Shown here: positions 15,278 to 22,410 of the stretch, in pieces
Layout: each line of letters starts with the position of its first letter
Position numbering within the stretch: the stretch's first letter is position 1
From: Hydrocarboniphaga effusa AP103
GTDB lineage: Bacteria > Pseudomonadota > Gammaproteobacteria > Nevskiales > Nevskiaceae
Reading direction: 5' to 3'
DNA length: 24,000 nucleotides
Assembly: GCF_000271305.1 (NCBI RefSeq)
Contig: NZ_AKGD01000001.1
Span: forward strand, 2,090,882 to 2,114,881
Notes under the pieces: model-generated
Databases searched by the model: none
Told to the model about the DNA's origin: nothing
The model's input: the letters and a program-made list of their open reading frames with translations, nothing else
Translations under genes and position numbers: made by a program

Positions 15278-15784
15278 TTACATCACGTAGTACTTGCCGC
15301 TGCACGTCGAGTAATAAACGCTCGCGTAGCCGCAGGTGGGCGTGCCGCCGTCGTAGTTGCAGTGCTCGGCGCGGAAGATCAGCTTGGCGCGGCAGGAGCG
15401 GGCTTCGGCGGCCGGCACGACGAAATCGGCCAGCGCGGACAGGATCGATTCGGCCCTGGGTGCCAGCGATACCGGCTTGAACCTGGCGCACTTCTGCGCT
15501 TCGGCGGGCAGCTTGGCGAGCGGGGTTTCGACGCCGGCCTTGCCGTCGACGAACAGCCCGCTGCTGACGATCACGCCTTTCTTCACGTGTGCCCGCGCTT
15601 CGAGCACGCCGGCCGGCGTCTTTGCCGACGAGGTCACCTGCTGGCCATCCGGCAGCTTGGTCTTGGTGCCGGCTTCGAGCACTTCGACGTCGTAGTCCTC
15701 GTTCACGCATTCGGCGCGGGCGGGTCCGGCGAGCCCGAGCAGCAGGGCGGCAAGCGGCAGCAGCAGTTTGAATTCGAGGGACAT
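15278..15784 (-). CDS. secreted 6-cysteine protein, unknown family (first gene of the secretin operon)
   Basis: ATG at 15782-15784 with GAAGGAG 7 nt upstream. Signal peptide MSLEFKLLLPLAALLLGLAGPARA|EC. I recognise no family. Confidence 0.7.
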   Translation of the reverse strand: MSLEFKLLLPLAALLLGLAGPARAECVNEDYDVEVLEAGTKTKLPDGQQVTSSAKTPAGVLEARAHVKKGVIVSSGLFVDGKAGVETPLAKLPAEAQKCARFKPVSLAPRAESILSALADFVVPAAEARSCRAKLIFRAEHCNYDGGTPTCGYASVYYSTCSGKYYVM

Positions 15785-15817
15785 GGGCTTCTCCTTCACG
15801 AGGGGGCTGCGAGATGT

Positions 15818-15841
15818 GGAGCCCGATCGACGATCGGCTCC
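15818..15841. repeat. imperfect inverted repeat GGAGCCCGATCG-A-CGATCGGCTCC
   Basis: Read directly from the sequence; the arms differ by one extra C. It lies 34-57 nt upstream of the operon's first start codon. Confidence 0.6.
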
Positions 15842-15860
15842 GGCACCCCGACGCTAAGGC

Positions 15861-15889
15861 CCGAAGCCGCGCGAATCCGGACCGAAGCC
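15861..15889. promoter_or_regulatory. direct repeat CCGAAGCC x2 with 21-bp register
   Basis: CCGAAGCC at 15861-15868 and 15882-15889. In addition, GCCCGATCGA occurs at both 15821-15830 and 15887-15896. A regulatory function is inferred only from the position in the divergent intergenic region. Confidence 0.3.
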
Positions 15890-15897
15890 CGATCGAT

Positions 15898-15919
15898 TTC
15901 CGACCATTTCCCGACCATT
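15898..15919. promoter_or_regulatory. tandem 11-bp direct repeat TTCCGACCATT / TCCCGACCATT: candidate OmpR/PhoB-type wHTH binding site
   Basis: Two adjacent 11-mers, 10/11 identical, lie between the divergent regulator and the secretin operon. The 11-bp periodicity matches how OmpR/PhoB-family winged helices bind tandem half-sites (established). Assignment to this regulator is inference. Confidence 0.4.
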
Positions 15920-15987
15920 GCGGCGGCGCCGTTTCGCGCGCCCACGCGAGCGGTCAAAATCCGTCTCCGATCAGAGACATTCGAGTC

Positions 15988-18717
15988 GTGACCGAGCCAC
16001 TCGCCGCCGACAGCCCCGACGCCAAGGCCCGCGCCCCGCGCTGGCGTTTCGGCGATTGCGTGCTCGACGGCCGCACGCTCGAACTCACGGTGCGCGGCCA
16101 GCTCGTCAAGCTCGAGCCCAAGCCGCTCGACATGCTGATGTTCCTGCTGCGCCACCCCGACGAGGTGCTGACCAAGGACGAGCTGCTCGAAGGCCTGTGG
16201 CCGGGCCGCATCCTGTCCGAGTCGGTGCTGACCAAGTGCGTCGCCAAGCTGCGACAGGGGCTCGGCGACGAAGGCCAGGCGGTCATCAAGACCGTGCACG
16301 GCTTCGGCTACCGGCTGATCGCGCCGGTGACGGTCGAGCACGACGCCGCGCCGATCGCCGCGACCACCGAGCTGCGCGCCGGCCTGTCCGCGGGCGGACA
16401 TCCGCCGCAGCGGCCGCTGTGGGTGCTGCGCGAGGCGATCGGCGCCGGCGGCGGCGGCGAAGTCTGGCTCGCCGAACACGCCAAGACCGGCGAGCGCCGC
16501 GTCTTCAAGTTCGCCACCGACGCGGCCGGGCTGTCGGCGCTCAAGCGCGAGGTCACGCTGTTCCGGCTGCTGCAGGCTACCTACGGTCCGCGCGACGACC
16601 TGCTGCGCCTGCTCGACTGGAATTTCGAAACGCTGCCCTACTTCGTCGAGGCCGAGCACGTCGCCGGCGGCAGCCTGCTGCAATGGAGCGAGCGGCGCGG
16701 CGGCCTGGCGGCGGTACCGGTCGCCCAGCGCATCGCGCTCGCGATCCAGCTCGCCGAGGTACTCGCAGCCGCGCATGCGGCCGGCGTGCTGCACAAGGAT
16801 TTGAAGCCTTCGAACGTGCTCGTCGCCGGCAGCGAGGCCGAACCGCGGCTCAAGCTCGGCGATTTCGGCAGCGGCCGGGTGCTCGATCTCGCGCGGCTCG
16901 AACGGCTCGAAATCACCCGGCTCGGCTTCACCGCGATGCTCGACGACGACGAGGCCGGCACCACGCCGCTGTACCTCGCGCCCGAGTTGCTCGCCGGCCA
17001 GCAGCCGACCGTGCAGTCCGATCTCTACGCGCTCGGCGTGATGCTCTACCAGCTGCTGGTCGGTGACTGGCGCCGGCCGCTCGCGCCGGGCTGGGAGCGT
17101 ACGCTCGACGACGAGCTGCTGCGCGAGGACGTCGCCGCGGCCGCGGCCGGCGATCCGCAGCGGCGGCTCACCAACGCGGCCGAACTCGCGCGTCGGCTGC
17201 GCGAACTCGACGAACGCCGCAGCCAGCGCGCGCACCAGCGCGAGCTCGAAGCCGAGGCCGCCACGCTGCATGCGGCGCTCGAACGCAGCCGCCACCGGCG
17301 CAAGCTGCAACGCGCGATCGCCGCCGTGCTCGCGCTCGGCCTGGGCCTGTCGAGCTGGGGCTTCTGGAACGCGCGGCAGGCGCAGCACCGGGCCGAAGCC
17401 GCCGCCGCCGAAGCGCGCGCCGCGGTGAGTTTTCTCGGCGAAGACGTGCTCGCGGCCACCGATCCGTTCGGTGGCGGACGCCCGACCCTGAGCATCAAGG
17501 GCCTGCTCGACGAAGCCGCGCCCAGGCTGGCGACGCGGCTCGCCGACTACCCGGCGATGCGCGCCGAAATGGGCCTGGCGATGGGTCGCGCCTACGAAGG
17601 GCTCGGCGATTGGCCCAAGGCGCGCGAGCGGCTCGAAGTGGCGCTCGCCGAGGCCGAAGCCGTGCAGGGGGCGGATTCCGAACTCGCGCTGACGATCGCC
17701 GACCGGCTCGGCTCGCTCGCCCTGCTGCAAAGCCGCTACGACGATTCCGAGGCCTTGTACCGGCGCGTTTACGAGACCCATCGCACGAAGTTCGGCGAGC
17801 TCGATGCGCGCACGCTATCCGCGCGCGACGGCCTGGCCTGGCTGCAATACGAGCGCGGGCGCTATCCGCAAGCGGCCGCGCTGTACCAGCGGCTCGTGGA
17901 CGATTATCGCGGAGTCGATGAGCTTGGCCTCACGAGCGCGCAGTGGAGCCTGGCCGACTGCTATCTGGAGCTCAATCGCACGCCCGAAGCCGAAGCGCTG
18001 ATGCGCGAGGTCGTCGCCACCACGAGCCGCTTGCAGGGCGCGAAGCATCCGCGCGCGCTCTGGCAGCGCACCACGCTCGGCGACGCGCTGATGATCCAGG
18101 GCCGCTGGGACGAAGCCGCGGCGCTGTTCGACGAAGCCTACGAAGGGCTCGCGGCGACGGTCGGCGAAACCCATCCGTACACGCTCACGGCGCTGCACTA
18201 TCGCGGCCAGCTCCTGCTCGAACGCGGCGATCCGGTGGCCGCCCTGCCGCTGCTGCGCCGCGCCTACGAGAACCGCGTGCTCGCCCATGGCGTCGATCAC
18301 GTCTGGGCGCGCTATTCGGCCAATCGGGTGGGCGAAGCGCTCGTGCAGCTCGGGCTGGCGAGCGAAGCACTGCCGCTGCTCGAACGCGCGCACGAGCAGA
18401 GTGTGAAAGCGCAGGGACCGGATCATCCCAACGTGCTGCTGATCCAGCGCACACTCGCCGATGCGCTGATCGCGCTCAAGCAATACGACCGTGCCGACGG
18501 TTTGCTCGTCGACGGCCTCGCGAGAGCGCAGCGTACGCTGCCCGAGTACAGCCTGCGCATCGGCTACCTGCACGAAAGCCTCGGTCATTTACGCAGCCTG
18601 CAGAAGCGAAAGGATGAGGCACGGGCGCAGTACGAATCGGCGCGGGTGCTTTACGAGAACGCGATCGGCGCCACGCATCCGCAGACGCTGAAGCTCACGG
18701 CGCTCGCGCAGCGCTGA
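15988..18717 (+). CDS. membrane-tethered transcriptional regulator: OmpR/CadC-type winged-helix DNA-binding domain, Ser/Thr protein kinase, TM helix and TPR domain
   Basis: wHTH: WRFGDCVLDGRTLELTVRGQLVKLEPKPLDMLMFLLRHPDEVLTKDELLEGLW...VHGFGYRL. Kinase: IGAGGGGEVW, RRVFKFA, HKDLKPSNVLV, DFGSG and LYLAPE. A single TM helix AIAAVLALGLGLSSWGFW is followed by about 430 aa of TPR repeats. The start is uncertain: GTG 15988 is favoured over ATG 15814 because 15814-15987 is full of repeats and low-complexity translation. Confidence 0.8.
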   Translation: MTEPLAADSPDAKARAPRWRFGDCVLDGRTLELTVRGQLVKLEPKPLDMLMFLLRHPDEVLTKDELLEGLWPGRILSESVLTKCVAKLRQGLGDEGQAVIKTVHGFGYRLIAPVTVEHDAAPIAATTELRAGLSAGGHPPQRPLWVLREAIGAGGGGEVWLAEHAKTGERRVFKFATDAAGLSALKREVTLFRLLQATYGPRDDLLRLLDWNFETLPYFVEAEHVAGGSLLQWSERRGGLAAVPVAQRIALAIQLAEVLAAAHAAGVLHKDLKPSNVLVAGSEAEPRLKLGDFGSGRVLDLARLERLEITRLGFTAMLDDDEAGTTPLYLAPELLAGQQPTVQSDLYALGVMLYQLLVGDWRRPLAPGWERTLDDELLREDVAAAAAGDPQRRLTNAAELARRLRELDERRSQRAHQRELEAEAATLHAALERSRHRRKLQRAIAAVLALGLGLSSWGFWNARQAQHRAEAAAAEARAAVSFLGEDVLAATDPFGGGRPTLSIKGLLDEAAPRLATRLADYPAMRAEMGLAMGRAYEGLGDWPKARERLEVALAEAEAVQGADSELALTIADRLGSLALLQSRYDDSEALYRRVYETHRTKFGELDARTLSARDGLAWLQYERGRYPQAAALYQRLVDDYRGVDELGLTSAQWSLADCYLELNRTPEAEALMREVVATTSRLQGAKHPRALWQRTTLGDALMIQGRWDEAAALFDEAYEGLAATVGETHPYTLTALHYRGQLLLERGDPVAALPLLRRAYENRVLAHGVDHVWARYSANRVGEALVQLGLASEALPLLERAHEQSVKAQGPDHPNVLLIQRTLADALIALKQYDRADGLLVDGLARAQRTLPEYSLRIGYLHESLGHLRSLQKRKDEARAQYESARVLYENAIGATHPQTLKLTALAQR

Positions 18718-18979
18718 GCACCAGGTCTGCGGCGACGTATAGCGGCACCGGGCGCAGGTCCTTGCGGATGCAAGCGGACATGGAGAAGACTGACGACAGA
18801 ACGGGCTCAATGGACTGCACGGCCACCAAAGCGTGATCGTCGGCGCGCCTGCTGTTTCGGACGCGCAGGTTCAGCCGCCGCCGGCCGCGATGTCGCCGAT
18901 GCCGCAGTTCGTGTGGAGATGTCGACGGCTTGCTTCGACGAATGGACAGGCTGTTTCAAGTGGCGCAAAGGAAAATGTG

Positions 18980-19660
18980 ATGCGGAGGGAGATGAAAGGT
19001 GCTGAAGCTGCCGGTATGCGGGCGCTGATCGGCAGGTGCGGGCTTGCAGGCGCACTGTTGCTCAGCGGCGGCTGCGCTCCGCTCAGCAAAGACCAGTGCA
19101 AGACGGCGAACTGGCAGCAGATCGGTTACCAGAGCGGCGTCAACGGCCGATCACCCGTGCGCTACGAGGAAGAGCGTCAGGCCTGTGCCGAGCATGGCAT
19201 CGGCTCCGACGAAACCGGGTGGAAGATCGGTTACGCGCAGGGGCTCGGTGTTTATTGCACGGCTGCGAACGGCTATGACGTCGGCCGCCATGGTGGCAGC
19301 TACGATGAGGTGTGCCCGCCCGATCTCGATGCCCGTTTCCGTCCGGCCTATCAGGATGGCCGCCATGTTGCGGATCTGCTCAATGCACTCAACGAGCGAC
19401 GTTCTCGCCTGGACGACATCGGTCGCATCCTCGCCGACGACGACAAGCGCGCCCGCGACTACGTCGCCCTGATGCGCAAGAACCCGCAACCGCCGCCGCC
19501 GCCTCCACAGCTGCTCGAACGGCGTGCCCGCCGCGACCTGGAACGCGAGTACGACTATCTGCGCAACGAGCATGAGGGACTGCGCAGGGATTTCGAGCAG
19601 AACGACGGCGAACTCAGCGCACGATATGCGGTGCCGGCGATGGGCTACGACGGTCCCTAG
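18980..19660 (+). CDS. DUF2799-family lipoprotein
   Basis: Lipobox ALLLSGGC, then C.TANWQQIGYQSGVNGR...ACAEHGI...GYAQGLGVYC...G......Y.EVCPPDL...F, the repeated W/G..G..G-plus-Cys pattern I recall for DUF2799. ATG 18980 has AAGGA 7 nt upstream; ATG 19016 is an alternative giving a shorter signal peptide. Confidence 0.7.
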   Translation: MRREMKGAEAAGMRALIGRCGLAGALLLSGGCAPLSKDQCKTANWQQIGYQSGVNGRSPVRYEEERQACAEHGIGSDETGWKIGYAQGLGVYCTAANGYDVGRHGGSYDEVCPPDLDARFRPAYQDGRHVADLLNALNERRSRLDDIGRILADDDKRARDYVALMRKNPQPPPPPPQLLERRARRDLEREYDYLRNEHEGLRRDFEQNDGELSARYAVPAMGYDGP

Positions 19661-19851
19661 CGGTTGCGTGGCGGGCACCTCGGTTCGACATCCCGGTCAA
19701 ATGCGCGTACCGTGCCCCGCGCAAGTATCAGGCAGTGTATTCAGCTAGTTGGCGCCACAGCGGTTCTTCGGCGCGAAATTCCAGATGCGTTCCTTGACCG
19801 TTTGCGCCCAGCGGGCGGTTGGCCCGTTTCTCTTCATCAGGAACACATCTC

Positions 19852-20064
19852 ATGAGCAATACCCAAACCGGCACCGTCAAGTGGTTCAACGACGCCAAGG
19901 GCTTCGGCTTCATTACGCCGGCCAATGGTGGCGAGGACCTGTTCGCGCACTTCAAGGAAATCGTCGGCGATGGCTTCAAGTCGCTTGCCGAAGGTCAGCG
20001 CGTCGAATACGTCGAAGCGCGTGGCCCCAAGGGCATGCAGGCCACCAAGATCCGCCCGGTCTGA
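19852..20064 (+). CDS. cspA: cold-shock protein, CspA family
   Basis: [34 protein letters not shown]... contains the RNP1 (KGFGFI) and RNP2-like (LFAHF) motifs. It is 70 aa. About 190 nt of non-coding leader lie upstream. Confidence 0.95.
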   Translation: MSNTQTGTVKWFNDAKGFGFITPANGGEDLFAHFKEIVGDGFKSLAEGQRVEYVEARGPKGMQATKIRPV

Positions 20065-20084
20065 TCGCTGCGTGCGGAGTCGTA

Positions 20085-20113
20085 GCGGCGGTGCGATGCG
20101 CCGCCGCCTTTGT
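20085..20113 (+). terminator. hairpin downstream of cspA (possible intrinsic terminator or attenuator)
   Basis: GCGGCGGUGC-GAU-GCGCCGCCGC forms a 10-bp stem including one G-U pair (20085-20107), followed by CUUUGU. The U tract is short, so termination efficiency is uncertain. Confidence 0.45.
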
Positions 20114-20154
20114 ACGCGGCCCGGCCGCGTTCCATTCTCAGGCAGGAGATTCCC

Positions 20155-20559
20155 ATGAGACCCAAGAACAACCGCAAGCCGCTGCGAGACGAAGCGCCCA
20201 AAGTGCGCCGTGCACCCGGCTCGCCGACCAAGAGCCAGCTGCGCGCTCACGCCGATGCGATCGAGCAGGCGCGCTTCGCCAAGTGGAAGACCGTGCTCGG
20301 CATCGCCGGCACCACCTGGAGCAAGGTGCACGCCACCGAGCTCAGCCGCAGCAATGGCGACATCAACGTGCTCGCCGGGCTGGTGCAGCTGCGCCATGCC
20401 CTCAGCCGCCAGGAAGCCGATAGCCAGGTGAAGGCGTTCTACGATCAGCACATGCAGATCGCGCCCATCACCTTGTCGAGCTTCATGCCCGCCGTCTCCG
20501 CGCGTCCCGCCGCCGAGCCGGTGGTCGCGCCGGTCGCTTCGTCGGCCGAAAGCGCGTAG
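20155..20559 (+). CDS. CsbD-like general-stress domain protein (tentative)
   Basis: ATG 20155 has AGGAGA 6 nt upstream. The core WKTVLGIAGTTWSKVHATELSRSNGDINVLAGLVQLRHALSRQEADSQVKAF aligns by eye with E. coli YjbJ WKQFKGKVKEQWGKLTDDDMTIIEGKRDQLVGKIQERYGYQKDQAEKEVVDW (recalled). Confidence 0.5.
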   Translation: MRPKNNRKPLRDEAPKVRRAPGSPTKSQLRAHADAIEQARFAKWKTVLGIAGTTWSKVHATELSRSNGDINVLAGLVQLRHALSRQEADSQVKAFYDQHMQIAPITLSSFMPAVSARPAAEPVVAPVASSAESA

Positions 20560-20606
20560 CCGTTCGGGTTGCGCAGGCAAGGTCGCCGTCATGCGGTGAC
20601 CTCACG

Positions 20607-20632
20607 AAAAAGCCGCCTTTCGGCGGCTTTTT
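20607..20632. terminator. bidirectional rho-independent terminator
   Basis: AAAAAGCCGCC-TTTC-GGCGGCTTTTT: a perfect GC stem flanked by an A5 and a T5 run. It sits between the convergent CsbD-like gene (ends 20559) and pntB (ends 20660). Confidence 0.8.
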
Positions 20633-20659
20633 CGTTTGCAGCGCGATGCTCAGCGCGGA

Positions 20660-22099
20660 TCAGTGCCCGCCGCCATCCAGCGACTTCACGGCCTGGATCA
20701 TCTGCACCATCACCTTCTGCGCGTCGCCGTAGACCATGTTGGTGTTGTCGGCGAAGAACAGCTCGTTCTCCACGCCCGAGTAGCCCTTGCCCTGGCCACG
20801 CTTGACCACGTAGACCTGCTTGGCCTGGTCGACGTTGAGAATCGGCATGCCGTAGATCGGGCTGCTCTTGTTGGTGCGTGCAGCCGGGTTCACGGTGTCG
20901 TTGGCGCCGATCACGATGGCGACGTCGGCATCCTTGAACTCGCTGTTGATGTCTTCCATGTCGTAGATGATGTCGTACGGCACGCCGGCTTCGGCGAGCA
21001 GCACGTTCATGTGACCGGGCATGCGGCCCGCGACCGGGTGGATCGCGAACTTCACTTCCACGCCCTGCTCCTGGATGAGCTTCACGAACTCGAAGAGCTT
21101 GTGCTGCGCCTGCGCCACGGCCAGACCGTAGCCCGGCGCGATGATGACCTTGCTCGCATAGCGCATGTTGATGCCGGCGTCGCCCGCATCGACCGGTTTC
21201 ATGCTGCCCTTGATCTCGCCCTGCTGCTCGTCGCCGGCGGCGCCGAAGTTGGAGAAGATCACGTTGCTCACCGAGCGGTTCATCGCCTTGGCCATCAGCA
21301 GCGTCAGCAGCGTGCCGGCCGAGCCCACCACCATGCCGGCGATCATCAGCGCCGGGTTCTGCAGCACGAAGCCTTCGAAGCCCACCGCCAGACCCGTGAA
21401 CGCGTTGTACAGCGAGATCACCACCGGCATGTCGGCGCCGCCGATCGGCATCGTCATGAGCACGCCGAAGATCAGCGCGAGCACGAAGAACGCGGCGGTC
21501 ATCCAGACCGGCGCGTGGCCGTGCGCGACCAGCGCGATGTACAGGCCCAGCGCGAGCGTGGCGAAGAACACCGTGCCGTTCATGAGCTGCAGGCCGGTGA
21601 AGCGCCAGGTGCCGTTGACGCGACCGTCGAGCTTGGCCCAGGCGATCAGCGAACCCGACAGCGAAATCGCACCGATCAGCGAGCCGATGATGGTGACGAC
21701 CAGCGGAATGGTGCTGTGCTCCGCGCTCGTGCGGAACAGCTCCACCGCGCCGATCGCAGCGGCCGCGCCGCCGCCCATGCCGTTGTAGAGCGCGACCATC
21801 TGCGGCATCGCGGTCATTTCGACCTTCTTGCCGCTGGTCCAGGCCCAACCGAGGCCCAGCACGAGCGCGACCGCGCCGAGGATGACGTTGACGGTCAGAT
21901 GCGGCTTGGCCGCCTCGGACACGCCGAACACATAGAGGAAGCTCGCGAGCACCGCGACGAGCATGCCGAGGCCCGCGACGCGAATGCCCGAGGCCGCCGT
22001 GACCGGCGAGGACATGCGCTTGAGGCCGTAGATGAAGAGAAACGCCGCCGCGAGGAACGCCGCGTCGATGATCAGAGTTGCCGTGGAAAGAGCGTTCAT
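20660..22099 (-). CDS. pntB: NAD(P) transhydrogenase subunit β
   Basis: 479 aa. Polytopic N-terminal half, and a C-terminal NADP(H)-binding domain (...VIIAPGYGLAVAQAQH...GVEVKFAIHPVAGRMPGHMNVLLAEA...ANDTVNPAA) typical of PntB. Confidence 0.95.
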   Translation of the reverse strand: MNALSTATLIIDAAFLAAAFLFIYGLKRMSSPVTAASGIRVAGLGMLVAVLASFLYVFGVSEAAKPHLTVNVILGAVALVLGLGWAWTSGKKVEMTAMPQMVALYNGMGGGAAAAIGAVELFRTSAEHSTIPLVVTIIGSLIGAISLSGSLIAWAKLDGRVNGTWRFTGLQLMNGTVFFATLALGLYIALVAHGHAPVWMTAAFFVLALIFGVLMTMPIGGADMPVVISLYNAFTGLAVGFEGFVLQNPALMIAGMVVGSAGTLLTLLMAKAMNRSVSNVIFSNFGAAGDEQQGEIKGSMKPVDAGDAGINMRYASKVIIAPGYGLAVAQAQHKLFEFVKLIQEQGVEVKFAIHPVAGRMPGHMNVLLAEAGVPYDIIYDMEDINSEFKDADVAIVIGANDTVNPAARTNKSSPIYGMPILNVDQAKQVYVVKRGQGKGYSGVENELFFADNTNMVYGDAQKVMVQMIQAVKSLDGGGH

Positions 22100-22104
22100 G
22101 TCGA

Positions 22105-22398
22105 TCAGGCCTTCTTCTTGTCCGACGACTTGAACATCTGCAGCATGCGCTCGGTCACCACGTAGCCGCCGGCCGCGTTACCCGCGCCGAGCAGCACGCC
22201 GACGAAACCGATCACCTGCTCGGTGACGGACGTGGCGTTGAGCAGCGCGTACAGCGCGCCGACCACGACGATGCCGTGCACGAAGTTGCTGCCCGACATC
22301 AGCGGCGTGTGAAGGATCGACGGCACGCGGCCGATGATCTCGTAGCCCGTGAAGGCCGCGAGCATGAAGATGTACAGCGCAATGAAACCCGTCAGCAT
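22105..22398 (-). CDS. pntAB: NAD(P) transhydrogenase subunit α, part 2 (membrane part)
   Basis: 97 aa with 3 TM helices. The motif GYEIIGRVPSILHTPLMSGSNFVHGIVVVGA is characteristic of split-type PntA2. It sits between pntAA and pntB with gaps of 12 and 5 nt. Confidence 0.9.
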   Translation of the reverse strand: MLTGFIALYIFMLAAFTGYEIIGRVPSILHTPLMSGSNFVHGIVVVGALYALLNATSVTEQVIGFVGVLLGAGNAAGGYVVTERMLQMFKSSDKKKA

Positions 22399-22410
22399 GT
22401 TTCGCTCCCC

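Noticed and set aside
15814-15987. ATG 15814 (with GAGGGGG upstream) as the start of the regulator
   Set aside because: It would leave only 29 bp for two divergent promoters. The 58 extra residues are low-complexity, and the segment is packed with direct and inverted repeats typical of non-coding control DNA. This is not excluded, and N-terminal proteomics would decide.
15796-17781. 661-aa minus-strand ORF antisense to the regulator gene
   Set aside because: No recognisable motifs and Arg/Gly/Ala/Glu-rich composition. The plus-strand frame has unambiguous wHTH, kinase and TPR signatures.
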